This document shows, one piece after another, positions 37,459 through 47,942 of a stretch of DNA of 53,195 nucleotides. Below the pieces are notes generated by a model. The model saw nothing but the letters and a program-made list of their open reading frames with translations. It was not told the origin of the DNA and did not search any database. A program made the translations under genes and the position numbers. The DNA lies in the NCBI GenBank assembly GCA_024639485.1, contig JAHEII010000007.1:1-53195 (forward strand). The letters run 5' to 3'. Each line of letters begins with the position of its first letter. The first letter of the stretch is position 1. This DNA comes from Alphaproteobacteria bacterium. GTDB lineage: Bacteria; Pseudomonadota; Alphaproteobacteria; Puniceispirillales; UBA1172.

Positions 37459-38952
37459 TTAGTTATTCAGCGGAAAATTGAATTGCGCCCCTGAACGGAT
37501 GCCTGTTGGCCAACGCGATGTCACGGTTTTCAGTTTCGTATAAAACCGCACCGCTTCCATGCCATATGCGCCATGATCACCAAATAATGACCGTTTCCAG
37601 CCACCAAAAGAATGATAGGCAACCGGCACGGGAATAGGCACATTAACACCAACCATCCCGACTTGAATCTGATCAGCATAGCTTCTTGCCGCGTCACCAT
37701 CACGGGTGAAAATCGCCGTACCATTGCCATATTCATGATCATTAACCATGGAAACCGCTTGATCAAAACTATCGGCACGGGCAACGCATACCACAGGGCC
37801 GAAAATTTCTTCACGATAGATAGTCATATCAGTGGTGACATGGTCAAACAGCGTTCCACCAACAAAATAGCCATTCTCATAGCCCTGAAGCGCAAAGTCA
37901 CGGCCATCAACCACCAGATTAGCGCCTTCTTCTACGCCTTTATTGATATAGCCAAGCACTTTATCCTTATGCTGTTCAGTAACCAGAGGCCCCATTTCTG
38001 CATCCGGATCATTCCATGTTCCGATTTTAATGCCGGATACACGCGGTGCCAGTTTTTCAACCAGCCGGTCAGCGGTATCCTGTCCAACGGGAACAGCGAC
38101 CGATATCGCCATACAGCGTTCACCAGCAGACCCATATCCTGCCCCCATCAGCGCATCAACCGCCTGATCCATATCTGCATCGGGCATAATCACCATGTGA
38201 TTTTTTGCGCCGCCCAGTGCTTGCACTCTTTTGCCATTCGCGGTGCCAGTCTGATAGACATATTCGGCAATCGGGGTAGACCCGACAAAGCTAACCGCTT
38301 TAACAGATGGATGATGCAGAATAGCATCAACAGCTGGCTTGCCACCGTTAACAATATTCAGCACTCCTGCTGGCAGACCGGCTTCTTGCATTAACTCAAG
38401 AATCAGTTGCGGTGCCGCCGGATCACGTTCAGACGGCTTTAATATAAATGTGTTACCGCATGCAATCGCCATCGGGAACATCCACATTGGAACCATGGCC
38501 GGAAAGTTAAATGGTGTGATCCCAGCCACTACGCCAAGCGGTTGACGATCAGAATAGCTATCAATCGCGGGGCCAACATTGCGCGTGTAATCACCGCGCA
38601 ACAGATGCGGGATACCGCAAGCAAACTCAACAACCTCAATACCGCGTATCACTTCGCCTTTTGCATCTTCGAGGGTTTTGCCATGTTGCGTGCAAATGGC
38701 TTCGGCTACTTTTTCCAGATTGGCTTCCAGTAATTCTTTATAGGCAAACATAACCCGCGCCCGTTTAAGAGGCGGCGTATTTGCCCAGCCGGGAAGCGCT
38801 TCTTGCGCGGCCGCCACAGCTTGATCAACAATAGCCGCGCTTGAAAGCGTGACTTCGGCAATCTGCTCACCTGTTGCCGGATTATAAATAGGCTGTGTAC
38901 CCATATCGCCCGCAACAGCGTTGCCGCCAATAATATTCTGATAAATAGTCAT
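37459..38952 (-). CDS. mmsA: CoA-acylating methylmalonate-semialdehyde dehydrogenase
   Basis: 497 aa aldehyde dehydrogenase with the catalytic Cys in GERCMA and the hallmark C-terminal region VGVNVPIPVPVAYHSFGGWKRSLFGD. Confidence 0.92.
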   Translation of the reverse strand: MTIYQNIIGGNAVAGDMGTQPIYNPATGEQIAEVTLSSAAIVDQAVAAAQEALPGWANTPPLKRARVMFAYKELLEANLEKVAEAICTQHGKTLEDAKGEVIRGIEVVEFACGIPHLLRGDYTRNVGPAIDSYSDRQPLGVVAGITPFNFPAMVPMWMFPMAIACGNTFILKPSERDPAAPQLILELMQEAGLPAGVLNIVNGGKPAVDAILHHPSVKAVSFVGSTPIAEYVYQTGTANGKRVQALGGAKNHMVIMPDADMDQAVDALMGAGYGSAGERCMAISVAVPVGQDTADRLVEKLAPRVSGIKIGTWNDPDAEMGPLVTEQHKDKVLGYINKGVEEGANLVVDGRDFALQGYENGYFVGGTLFDHVTTDMTIYREEIFGPVVCVARADSFDQAVSMVNDHEYGNGTAIFTRDGDAARSYADQIQVGMVGVNVPIPVPVAYHSFGGWKRSLFGDHGAYGMEAVRFYTKLKTVTSRWPTGIRSGAQFNFPLNN

Positions 38953-39013
38953 AAATCATCTTCCCCAATAAAGCCGAATTATATCTTGTTCTAACGCTAG
39001 CACCCTTGCAAGA

Positions 39014-39487
39014 TCAAGCCTTAACCCCTGATTTTGCAGATATTGGCAATTTTGTTGTATATTTGATTTGTTCCATCGCAAAAGATGACGACACATCCGA
39101 TAATTTAACACTGCTGATTAGCTTTTTGTAAAACGCATCATAATGTTCGATATCCGGAACAACCACACGCAACAGATAATCAATCTCACCACTCATACGG
39201 TAGAATTCCACTACTTCGGGCATATCGGCAACCATATTTGCAAAATGCTGTAACCAGTCGGCATTATGCTCATTTGTTCTGACCGAAACAAAAACCGAGA
39301 TACCGGCACCTATTTTATGTGGGTCCAGCAACGCCACACGCCGCCGTATAATGCCCAGCTCATCCAGCCGTTGAATACGGCGCCAGCATGGGGTGACGGA
39401 AAGCCCGACATGTTTAGCTATTTCAGCCACAGCCAGACTGGCATCCTGTTGCAGAACATCAAGAATTTTTCTATCAATAGCATCCAT
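39014..39487 (-). CDS. Lrp/AsnC family transcriptional regulator
   Basis: MDAIDRKILDVLQQDASLAVAEIAKHVGLSVTPCWRRIQRLDELGII is an HTH_AsnC domain, followed by a RAM domain. I placed the start at the internal ATG. The ORF track extends to 39550. Confidence 0.88.
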   Translation of the reverse strand: MDAIDRKILDVLQQDASLAVAEIAKHVGLSVTPCWRRIQRLDELGIIRRRVALLDPHKIGAGISVFVSVRTNEHNADWLQHFANMVADMPEVVEFYRMSGEIDYLLRVVVPDIEHYDAFYKKLISSVKLSDVSSSFAMEQIKYTTKLPISAKSGVKA

Positions 39488-39576
39488 CAAGAAGTATCCA
39501 TTTGCGGTTAAATTGAAGCATATGTTAGAAATATTTTCTAAATATGGCAAATAATTACCATAAATTAAAATATTTT

Positions 39577-40470
39577 TTATGTAATTACATCAGCAAGGAA
39601 ATGATAGAAGCTGGGATAATGATGGCCATCGCGCATAAAACGCTGATTCCAGTTCCGTCTGTTCTGCAGTGCCTTGATCACCCGAAACTGGCTAGCACGC
39701 GGCACTTGTGTCTGGCCGGATAGCACCAATTGCCCCATCTGGCGATATGACCTATCCAGACGATGCGAAAATCCGGCACTGGCGGTCACGCTTCCGGAAT
39801 TCAGATTGAGCTGATATCTGGCCGCCGCCACCAATGGTGCATGCTGGCCAATTCTAGCCATGGATTCGATAGCGTGAAATACATCCTGTGCAGGCTGGTT
39901 CAAAAAATACGGCGTGAGTTGCCGCCGCATCAGTGGATGAAATGATCCCGGCCAGTGGCCAAAATGATCTATTTCTAATTGGGGCTTATTCCGACCAGCG
40001 GCATCACCCAATTGCATCAACCGCGAACCATCATGGGCATGTATAACCGTCTGTCCGAATGCCAGACCATGTGTTTTTGCCGCCGGATAAAGTGCATCAA
40101 GATAGCCATCTGCCCATTGATCATCGGCATCAAGAAACGCCAGAAATTGTCCGGACGCGGCCAGAATACCGCGATTACGGGCAGGCCCCGCCCCGGTTGC
40201 TGGCTTGCGCCCATAGCATGGAGTTATGTTTGAGCCATATGTTTTTGCCCAATCATATTTTTTTTCATCATCTACAGATAAAATAATTTCGATATCTTTT
40301 TCCGGCCAGCCCTGCGCTTTAACCGATAGCAAGGCACGCTCTAACGTTGATTTTGCACGGAAAACCGGAATAATCACACTGACCGCTGGCATCTGGCTGA
40401 TCCGGATCGGGGGGATTCTGTTAATACTTTTCACTAATAATTTACCAGATTTAGGATATTTTTTATCCAT
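39577..40470 (-). CDS. glycosyltransferase family 2 protein
   Basis: VSVIIPVFRAKSTLERALLSV is a GT-A N-terminus and FLDADD is a DxD motif. The start may instead be the internal MPAVSVIIP at about 40392. Confidence 0.75.
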   Translation of the reverse strand: MDKKYPKSGKLLVKSINRIPPIRISQMPAVSVIIPVFRAKSTLERALLSVKAQGWPEKDIEIILSVDDEKKYDWAKTYGSNITPCYGRKPATGAGPARNRGILAASGQFLAFLDADDQWADGYLDALYPAAKTHGLAFGQTVIHAHDGSRLMQLGDAAGRNKPQLEIDHFGHWPGSFHPLMRRQLTPYFLNQPAQDVFHAIESMARIGQHAPLVAAARYQLNLNSGSVTASAGFSHRLDRSYRQMGQLVLSGQTQVPRASQFRVIKALQNRRNWNQRFMRDGHHYPSFYHFLADVIT

Positions 40471-40529
40471 AATGTTAACACTTTTTTAACTATTTTATGA
40501 GATAACATTTTTATTGATCCTCCCCAACT

Positions 40530-40559
40530 GCACCACCATTTTTGGTGGTGCTTTTTTTT
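40530..40559 (+). terminator. intrinsic-terminator-like hairpin (or attenuator) in the leader of the downstream methyltransferase
   Basis: A perfect 8-bp stem gcaccacc / ggtggtgc has a 6-nt loop and is followed immediately by a T8 tract. It lies 22 nt upstream of the ATG at 40581. Confidence 0.5.
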
Positions 40560-40580
40560 GGATATCGTTATGGTGATATC

Positions 40581-41534
40581 ATGCAAGACACATCATCACA
40601 TCACCAATCACCGCATATTCTGACCCCAGAAGGATGGCATGACTATCAGCTTTTGGATAGTGGACACGGCCGCAAGCTGGAATCTGTTGGCGGATACCGT
40701 TTTATCCGGCCGGAACCGCAAGCGTTCTGGGCGCCTTTCCTTAATGATCAAGAATGGCAGAATCCGGCTGGCGTGTTCATAACCGGCTCACGCGATCAGG
40801 ATGATGGTGGCAAATGGGAACTTGATCCGGCGCTACCGGATGAGTGGGTCATATCTTATGAAGGGGTGAAGTTTAACGCCATGCCGACTCCATTTCGGCA
40901 TTTTGGTTTCTTTCCCGAACAATCCAGCCACTGGCAATGGTGTGATCAGCTTATCCGAACACGCGCCGCCACCGCACAAACCCGACCCAATATCCTCAAT
41001 CTGTTTGCCTATACTGGCGTTGCCAGCCTGCATGCCGCCCGCGCCGGTGCCGAAGTCACCCATGTTGATTCGTCCAAAAAAGCCATCGCACAGGCATTCG
41101 CCAATCGCGATATTGCCCAGATGCAGGATGCCCCCATCCGTTTCATCACCGAAGACGTGCGCCGGTTTGTGGCCAGAGAAGCACGCCGTGGCAAGCAATA
41201 TGATGGCATTATTCTTGATCCACCAAAATATGGACGTGGCGTCAAGGGTGAGATATGGCGGATGGAAGATGATATTCTTGATCTGCTTACCACGATCCGG
41301 TCTATCCTTTCTGATCAGCCATTATTTATCGTATTAACATCCTATGCCATCCGCGCCAGCTTTCTGTCATTGCATCATATTATGGCAGATGTGATGCGCG
41401 GCAAAGGCGGTATGGTGACATCGGGTGAGCTGGCCATTACGGAAACGCGACCAGCATCAACAATCGCTGATTTTTCAGAACCAAGACAAATTGGGCAGGC
41501 TAATTTTGCCCGCTGGCAGGTGATACAGGATTAA
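40581..41534 (+). CDS. class I SAM-dependent RNA methyltransferase (RlmI/RlmK-like, Methyltrans_SAM family)
   Basis: NLFAYTGVASLHAARAGAEVTHVDSSK is SAM motif I and IILDPPKYG is motif IV. I placed the start at the ATG (MQDTSS). The ORF-track TTG start at 40542 lies inside the hairpin. Confidence 0.75.
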   Translation: MQDTSSHHQSPHILTPEGWHDYQLLDSGHGRKLESVGGYRFIRPEPQAFWAPFLNDQEWQNPAGVFITGSRDQDDGGKWELDPALPDEWVISYEGVKFNAMPTPFRHFGFFPEQSSHWQWCDQLIRTRAATAQTRPNILNLFAYTGVASLHAARAGAEVTHVDSSKKAIAQAFANRDIAQMQDAPIRFITEDVRRFVAREARRGKQYDGIILDPPKYGRGVKGEIWRMEDDILDLLTTIRSILSDQPLFIVLTSYAIRASFLSLHHIMADVMRGKGGMVTSGELAITETRPASTIADFSEPRQIGQANFARWQVIQD

Positions 41535-41538
41535 TCCG

Positions 41539-42342
41539 CTATTTATGTTCCGGATGCGCGTGACGCACATATTCATAAAGCGAAATGCCGGTTGCAACTG
41601 CTAGATTAAGCGAATCAGACCGCCCCAGCATGGGCATACGGATGAGCTGTTTTGCCGCCGCCGTCAAGGCATCGGTCAATCCAGCCTGCTCATTCCCCAT
41701 CATGATGATTAAAGGCGATGACCAGTTTGCCTGGCGGTAATCCACCGATGCGGCAAGCGATGTGCCAATCAACTGGCCTTGCCATGATGGAATAGCGGCA
41801 AGGAACTCAGCTTCGCTACATTCAGCCAGTTTGATATTAAAACACGCTCCCATGGATGCGCGCACCGCCTCAACCGAAAATCCGTCTGTACAATCTCCGA
41901 TAAGGATAACGCCATCACCACCGGCGGCATCAACGCTTCGCATAATAGTTCCCAGATTACCCGGGTCGCGCACCCTGTCCAGCGCCACCCAGACCCCACG
42001 GCCAGATATCATCTGATCCAGTTCTGTCCATGTTTCATTAAAACTGGCTACTACGGCTTGCGGATTATCTTTGCGGCTGATCTTGGCTAGCACGTCATGG
42101 CTCACCGCCAGACATTCGGCTGATGCGTTTTCTGCGGCTACAATCAATGGCGCAACAAGCGGATCATCCTGCCGGCCATCAAGAAACGCCAGATGCTTTG
42201 GTGTCCACCCCAGATCAAGAGCTTCCATCACAATCCGCATGCCTTCCGCAAGAAAAAGCCCGGATTGCCGGCGATATTTACGCTCATGCAAGGCGCGCAA
42301 AGCTTTGACGGTAGTGTTGGTAAGGCTGTTGATATGGCGCAT
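41539..42342 (-). CDS. TrmH/SpoU family RNA 2'-O-methyltransferase
   Basis: The N-terminal substrate-binding region NTTVKALRALHERKYR is followed by SPOUT motifs VRDPGNLGTIMRSVDAAG, IIMMGNEQAGL and SLNLAVATGISLYE. Confidence 0.85.
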   Translation of the reverse strand: MRHINSLTNTTVKALRALHERKYRRQSGLFLAEGMRIVMEALDLGWTPKHLAFLDGRQDDPLVAPLIVAAENASAECLAVSHDVLAKISRKDNPQAVVASFNETWTELDQMISGRGVWVALDRVRDPGNLGTIMRSVDAAGGDGVILIGDCTDGFSVEAVRASMGACFNIKLAECSEAEFLAAIPSWQGQLIGTSLAASVDYRQANWSSPLIIMMGNEQAGLTDALTAAAKQLIRMPMLGRSDSLNLAVATGISLYEYVRHAHPEHK

Positions 42343-42558
42343 AACGTGTCCTGTTTCAAACAACCTATCCCGACTTATGGTTAGGATCAATCCAGAGAAT
42401 GAAACATTTTCTGAGCCTTACAAGTGTATCTAGTAGTATTTACTAATATAATGGCATCTATCCGACGGGTTTTAATGAAAATTCGCCTTGCAATTTAGAT
42501 GAAAATCTAGGCATGGTGGGATTAGTTATATTAGCGTTTAAAAGCTTGAGCAAAATAC

Positions 42559-43548
42559 ATGCAGCGCACATCCATTGTTGATCTGATGTCTTCTGGAAAC
42601 CAAACGGATACATTCCGGGTTGGTTTTTTTCTTTTACCTAATTTCTCCATGATGGCCTTTGCCTCAGCCATTGAGCCTTTGCGTTCAGCTAACCGGCTGA
42701 CCGAACAGAAACTTTTTGACTGGGTTATTGCATCCGAAAATGAAAAATATACCATGGCCAGCAATGGGGTTGAGGTGGCCGCAACGACCCAGATAGAGGA
42801 CTTAATCAGTTGCCGGTTAATATTCATTTGTGGCGGCATAGACATTCAAAACCACACCACTAAAAGCGTGATTTCTGCCTTACGCATGATTGATCGCCAT
42901 GGCGTTCTGATTGGCGCGATTTGCACTGGCACCTATGTTCTGGCCAAGGCCGGATTGCTGGATGATCGGCGATGCACCATCCATTGGGAAAACCGCGAAG
43001 GGCTGGAAGAAGAATTTCCCAATCTGGATGTTACCGAAGAATTATTTGAAATTGATGATGACCGGATCACCTGTTCGGGCGGCACGGCCGCGCTGGACAT
43101 GATGCTGCATCTGATTGCGCAAGCACATGGGCATGGTCTGGCAACATCCATATCAGAACAGTTTATTCATGACCGCATTCGGGACAGCCATGACCGGCAA
43201 CGCATGGAATTACGCTCGCGTCTGGGGGTTAGCCATCCAAAACTGCTGACTGTTGTGGCAGAAATGGAAAAAAACCTCGAAGAACCAATGCCACAAACAG
43301 AAATTGCCCGTCGGGCTAATCTATCCACGCGCCAGTTGGAACGGCTATTCAGAAAATATCTGGGGACAACGCCAACGCGATATTATCTGAACTTGCGCAT
43401 TGCCCGCGCCCGCCATTTGCTGCGCCAGACAAGCATGTCTATTCTTTCTGTTGCGCTGGCTTGCGGATTTGTTTCAGCATCGCATTTTTCAAAATGCTAT
43501 CGGGAAACATATGGCCGGACACCGCGTGATGAACGCGTCATACAATAA
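42559..43548 (+). CDS. GlxA family (DJ-1/PfpI domain + AraC-type HTH) transcriptional regulator
   Basis: The N-terminal amidotransferase-like fold (VGFFLLPNFSMMAFASAIEPLR, ICTGTYVLAKAGLL) is followed by C-terminal AraC HTH motifs (IARRANLSTRQLERLFRKYLG, GFVSASHFSKCYRETYG). Confidence 0.88.
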   Translation: MQRTSIVDLMSSGNQTDTFRVGFFLLPNFSMMAFASAIEPLRSANRLTEQKLFDWVIASENEKYTMASNGVEVAATTQIEDLISCRLIFICGGIDIQNHTTKSVISALRMIDRHGVLIGAICTGTYVLAKAGLLDDRRCTIHWENREGLEEEFPNLDVTEELFEIDDDRITCSGGTAALDMMLHLIAQAHGHGLATSISEQFIHDRIRDSHDRQRMELRSRLGVSHPKLLTVVAEMEKNLEEPMPQTEIARRANLSTRQLERLFRKYLGTTPTRYYLNLRIARARHLLRQTSMSILSVALACGFVSASHFSKCYRETYGRTPRDERVIQ

Positions 43549-43550
43549 CG

Positions 43551-43967
43551 TTAAACCGGTGCTTTCGCTTTCGCCTCGGCCATAATAGCCGTCACCATGG
43601 ATGCCAGTCCATTTTTGCGCGTAGGGGATAAATGCTCATCCAGCCCGATCTGTTTCAGAAATTCGGGCGGAAAGGCCATAATATCGGCTGGTGGCTGACC
43701 AGAATATACCCGCATCAGAAGCGCGATTAATCCCTGCACGATAGCGGCATCGCTTCCGGCCTGATATTGCATCCGGCCATCCGCAAAATCAGCCTTGAAA
43801 TGCACAACAGACTGACAACCGCGCAAACGGTTTTCGTCTATCATAACGGACGGATCAAGCGGTGCCAGTGTTCGCCCCATTCCGATTAAATGCTGATAAC
43901 GGTCTTCCCAGTCATCCAGAAAATCAAACTCATCAACAATATCTTGTGCTATGTCGGCCAGACTCAT
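43551..43967 (-). CDS. sufE: SufE family cysteine desulfuration protein
   Basis: 138 aa with DWEDRYQHLIGMG and the persulfide-acceptor Cys in RLRGCQSVVHF. Confidence 0.85.
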   Translation of the reverse strand: MSLADIAQDIVDEFDFLDDWEDRYQHLIGMGRTLAPLDPSVMIDENRLRGCQSVVHFKADFADGRMQYQAGSDAAIVQGLIALLMRVYSGQPPADIMAFPPEFLKQIGLDEHLSPTRKNGLASMVTAIMAEAKAKAPV

Positions 43968-44003
43968 CTTGGCTACCTTTATATGATGTTCATATATGCT
44001 TAT

Positions 44004-46145
44004 TTAGGCCGTGTTGCGGCGTTTTCCAAGGATAGACAATAAGCTTTCTGCAATATGTTCCATATTTGATCCCGGTGGGAAAATACCATCAATTCCGTTT
44101 TCACGCAGCTCTGCCATATCACCGGGCGGAATAACGCCACCAATGACCAGCGGTATCAATGCGCCACCACGCGCATCAAGTGCCTGCCGCATCGCTGGTG
44201 CAAATTGCCTATGTCCTGCCGCCAGCGACGAAAGCCCGACAACATCAACAGCATTATCCATAGCCATATCAGCAGCTTCCTGTTCTGTCTGGAACAATGG
44301 GCTGATCACAACCTCAAATCCTAAATCATCTAATGCAGATGCTACTACTTTTTGTCCGCGATCATGGCCATCCTGCCCTAGCTTGGCGATCAGAATTCGG
44401 GGCTTGCGTCCCATGTTATCGGTAAACCGTTCAATGGCCAGACTTAAACGCTGTGATGGTGGGGCTATGGTTTTCCAGATACCTTTGACACCGGATACAG
44501 GCGCTTTATAACGACTGAACGCCTGTTCCATTGCGTCTGACATTTCTCCCACTGTTGCCCCGGCACGCGCCGCCGCTACTGCTGCTGCCAGTAAGTTATC
44601 TGTTCCTCTGGCCGCCGATTCTAACGCCGCCAGCGCGGTTTTTGTAGCGCGGCTATTTCTGGTTTTGCGCAAATGTTCCAGTCGGGCTATTTGCTGTTTG
44701 CGTACGCTATCGGTATCAATACGCAACACTTCAATCATTTCGTCTTCGGGTTTCTGATCTGTTTGCTGGCACCAGTTAACGCCAATAATTTTCTGCTGTC
44801 CGGTATCAATCGCGGCTTGTGTTCGGGTGGCGGTTTCTTCTATGCGCTGTTTTGGTAATCCGGTTGCTATGGCTTTTGCCATGCCGCCAGCAGTATTAAT
44901 TTCATCCAGATGTGTTCGCGCCCGCGTGATTAGCGCATCTGTCAGAAACTCCACCGCACCACTGCCGCCCCATGGATCAATCAGCTGGGTGATGCCGCCC
45001 TCACCAGCCAGATGAAGCTGGGTGTTGCGGGCAATTCGTGCGGATGCATCTGTTGGCAAACCCAAGGCTTCGTCCAGTGAATTCGTATGCAGGGATTGTG
45101 TCTGACCGCCAACTGCCGCCGCCGCCTCAATCGTGGTGCGAACAACATTATTGTAGACATCCTGTGCCGCCAGCGACCATCCCGATGTCTGGCAATGGGT
45201 GCGTAACATCAGCAATTTGGGATCAGTAAAACCGAACTCTGCTTGAAGTAATTCCGCCCATAACTGCCGCGCGGCACGCAATTTTGCCACTTCAACCAGA
45301 TATGGCATCGCATTGGCAAAAAAGAACGATAATCGCGGCACAAACGTTTTGGCATCAAGTCCGGCCGCCAGCCCAGCCCGAATATATTCCAACCCGTCAC
45401 CAAGTGTATAGGCCAGTTCCAGATCAGCTGTCGCACCGGCTTCTTCTATATGATAGCCGGATATGGATATGGAATTAAATCGCGGCATATGGGTTGAGGT
45501 ATAGGCAAAGATATCAGACACAATCCGCATGGAATCCGCTGGTGGATAAATATAGGTATTGCGCACCATAAACTCTTTCAGAATATCATTCTGAATCGTT
45601 CCGGTAAGCTGCTCGGATGCAACCCCCTGTTCTTCGGCGGCAACAATATATAGCGCCATGATTGGCAATACGGCACCATTCATTGTCATGGATACGCTCA
45701 TCTTATCCAGCGGTATGCCTTTGAACAGAACGCGCATGTCTTCTATCGAATCAATAGCAACACCAGCCATGCCAACATCCGATTTCACGCGCGGGTTGTC
45801 CGAATCATAGCCACGATGCGTCGCCAGATCAAAAGCAATAGACAACCCCATCTGGCCTGCCGCCAGATTACGGCGGTAAAAGGCATTTGATTCCTCAGCC
45901 GTTGAAAATCCGGCATATTGACGGATCGTCCATGGCCGTGTGGTATACATGGTTGGATAAGGGCCACGGGTGAACGGAAACTGCCCCGGCATGGCTGTAT
46001 TCACGCGTTGCGAATAATCTGCCGATACCCATTCAGGCATGGCTATGCCCTCAGGCCAGTCTGTTGATCCCACATCATTATTGTCTGCTTGTGATGCTGA
46101 CTTTGAATCAAAATTGATGTTTCTAAAATCTGGAATCCGGCTCAT
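44004..46145 (-). CDS. scpA: methylmalonyl-CoA mutase large (alpha) subunit
   Basis: 713 aa. [25 protein letters not shown] is the N-terminal signature, RIARNTQ is present, and the C-terminal B12-binding motif is [11 protein letters not shown] (DxHxxG). Confidence 0.95.
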   Translation of the reverse strand: MSRIPDFRNINFDSKSASQADNNDVGSTDWPEGIAMPEWVSADYSQRVNTAMPGQFPFTRGPYPTMYTTRPWTIRQYAGFSTAEESNAFYRRNLAAGQMGLSIAFDLATHRGYDSDNPRVKSDVGMAGVAIDSIEDMRVLFKGIPLDKMSVSMTMNGAVLPIMALYIVAAEEQGVASEQLTGTIQNDILKEFMVRNTYIYPPADSMRIVSDIFAYTSTHMPRFNSISISGYHIEEAGATADLELAYTLGDGLEYIRAGLAAGLDAKTFVPRLSFFFANAMPYLVEVAKLRAARQLWAELLQAEFGFTDPKLLMLRTHCQTSGWSLAAQDVYNNVVRTTIEAAAAVGGQTQSLHTNSLDEALGLPTDASARIARNTQLHLAGEGGITQLIDPWGGSGAVEFLTDALITRARTHLDEINTAGGMAKAIATGLPKQRIEETATRTQAAIDTGQQKIIGVNWCQQTDQKPEDEMIEVLRIDTDSVRKQQIARLEHLRKTRNSRATKTALAALESAARGTDNLLAAAVAAARAGATVGEMSDAMEQAFSRYKAPVSGVKGIWKTIAPPSQRLSLAIERFTDNMGRKPRILIAKLGQDGHDRGQKVVASALDDLGFEVVISPLFQTEQEAADMAMDNAVDVVGLSSLAAGHRQFAPAMRQALDARGGALIPLVIGGVIPPGDMAELRENGIDGIFPPGSNMEHIAESLLSILGKRRNTA

Positions 46146-47869
46146 TCTGATTTGCCCTGCCCATCGTGTTTACTCGTTACCTGATCACCTGTCCGGATCA
46201 TATTTGTTATCATCTGTCGCCGCGTGGTACCATCTGCATCAAGTGCAACATATGTTTTCGATAGCGCGATACTGTCCTGACCATCGTGATCAGCCAGCAT
46301 ATGATATACCGCCTGACTAGCGACCAGAATATGTGGCTTGGCGGCGGCAATCTGGGCATTTGCTTCTGTTGTGTTGGTGATTCTTACCTCAGCCATCTGG
46401 ATACCAGCCATACGAAGCTCATCCGACCAGTTAGCAATGCACTGTTTATCGCTACGCCCATCATCCAGTATCAGACACCGCAAGCCTTTATCATAGGCGG
46501 CATCATAAGCGGCGATACGCATATCTTCCCAGGCCTGTGCCGGTCTTGCCATGCCACCCCTTGGCTGGCCAGTTTCCATGATCACCGGGGGCAATGGGTC
46601 TATCGGTTGCTGGGGGTGGTGGTTAATGCCAAGCATGGCGGCGTGACGGTTATCCATATCCGCTTGCCGCGCTTGCCGTGCCGCCGTTCCCCATTCCGCG
46701 ACCATAGTCAATGCAGCATCGGCCATAGCCCCGCCAGCCTGTTCGATATCCTGAAAGATTTGCCATGCTTTATGGGCGAGTGACTGGCTCATGGCTTCTA
46801 ATGTCGTGGCACCATGTGCCGGATCGGCAACCTGATCCAGCCGTGCCTCATCCCGCATGATCAGCTGAATATTTCTGGCCAGACGACGGCTCATCCCCGT
46901 GCTTCCGCTTAACCAGTCATGCGGCAAGGTGGTGATTAGCTCTGCTCCACCCAATGCCGCGCCTAGGCTGGCGGTCACATGCCTTAACACATTATTCATC
47001 GGTTCAATGCGCGTCATCATGCGGTCAGATGTAAAGACATGTAACACTGGCGTTTTATCCATATCCATCGCCGCCGATAGCCGGTTAAGAACCATGCGTG
47101 CCGCCCGTGTCTTTGCAAGGGAAGAATACAGATGTGATGTTACCGCCATCCGCATGACTGATCCGGCTATGGCATGTTCCAGCGATAAACCGGATTGTTC
47201 CAGCATCCGCCATTGCCACACCAGACTAGCCAGACATAGCCCCAATTCCTGTGCATCGGTTAGCCCATAGCGGTGATAGGCATCACCAGCAGCGGCAAAA
47301 CACCGGATATGCGGCAAATCTGTCTGATGTTTAGTCTGCCAAGCGGCCAGCGCGATAGCCTGATTAGTAGCCTCCTGATGCTCAAGCTGATCAGACATGA
47401 TATCTGCCACCGGATCAGCTCCGATATGCACATTAAGGGCTTGGCCATCCGCATCGGATTGCGCGGCATATTCTGCCCATAGATTTGTCCGGTGCATCGC
47501 ATCACCACCATGGGAATAGCCAAACTGGCAGGCATGGGTATAAACCCCATCAAGGATATCGGCCATTTGCGCGGCCGTCATAGATGCCGCCGCCATTTGC
47601 GGAAACATGATCATGCTGACACCGGATTCCAGTTCATCCAGAATGCTTCTGTTCAATGCCGTGGGCGCGGCATCATCCGCTACATATTGCGCCATTGCCC
47701 AGCCAGCTTTGGTGAAAACAGCTTGCCGTGATATAGCATCAGCAGGATAAATCGGCTGAATATCCAGACCGTCTTCGGTAGCGCGGGTAAGCGTATCCCA
47801 TTCGGCGCCAATGGTTTTCCTAACCATATCAGCCCAGCGTGTCCAATTGTCATTCTGTCCGGTATTCAT
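46142..47869 (-). CDS. mutA: methylmalonyl-CoA mutase small (beta) subunit
   Basis: 575 aa and mutase-like ([15 protein letters not shown]) but without a recognisable DxHxxG motif. The stop overlaps the alpha subunit start by 4 nt. Confidence 0.8.
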   Translation of the reverse strand: MNTGQNDNWTRWADMVRKTIGAEWDTLTRATEDGLDIQPIYPADAISRQAVFTKAGWAMAQYVADDAAPTALNRSILDELESGVSMIMFPQMAAASMTAAQMADILDGVYTHACQFGYSHGGDAMHRTNLWAEYAAQSDADGQALNVHIGADPVADIMSDQLEHQEATNQAIALAAWQTKHQTDLPHIRCFAAAGDAYHRYGLTDAQELGLCLASLVWQWRMLEQSGLSLEHAIAGSVMRMAVTSHLYSSLAKTRAARMVLNRLSAAMDMDKTPVLHVFTSDRMMTRIEPMNNVLRHVTASLGAALGGAELITTLPHDWLSGSTGMSRRLARNIQLIMRDEARLDQVADPAHGATTLEAMSQSLAHKAWQIFQDIEQAGGAMADAALTMVAEWGTAARQARQADMDNRHAAMLGINHHPQQPIDPLPPVIMETGQPRGGMARPAQAWEDMRIAAYDAAYDKGLRCLILDDGRSDKQCIANWSDELRMAGIQMAEVRITNTTEANAQIAAAKPHILVASQAVYHMLADHDGQDSIALSKTYVALDADGTTRRQMITNMIRTGDQVTSKHDGQGKSE

Positions 47870-47942
47870 GTTTAGAGATTACTATGTTAAAGGTGAAAAA
47901 AACAAGGTTTTTACCAACAGAACAACATGATAGAATATCCAG

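Noticed and set aside
37612-38394. 260-aa ORF antisense to mmsA
   Set aside because: It is a shadow ORF within a conserved aldehyde dehydrogenase gene, with low-complexity Asn/Arg/His/Ile composition.
42531-42845. 104-aa minus-strand ORF overlapping the start of the GlxA regulator
   Set aside because: It overlaps the conserved DJ-1/PfpI domain coding sequence. It has no RBS and no family resemblance.
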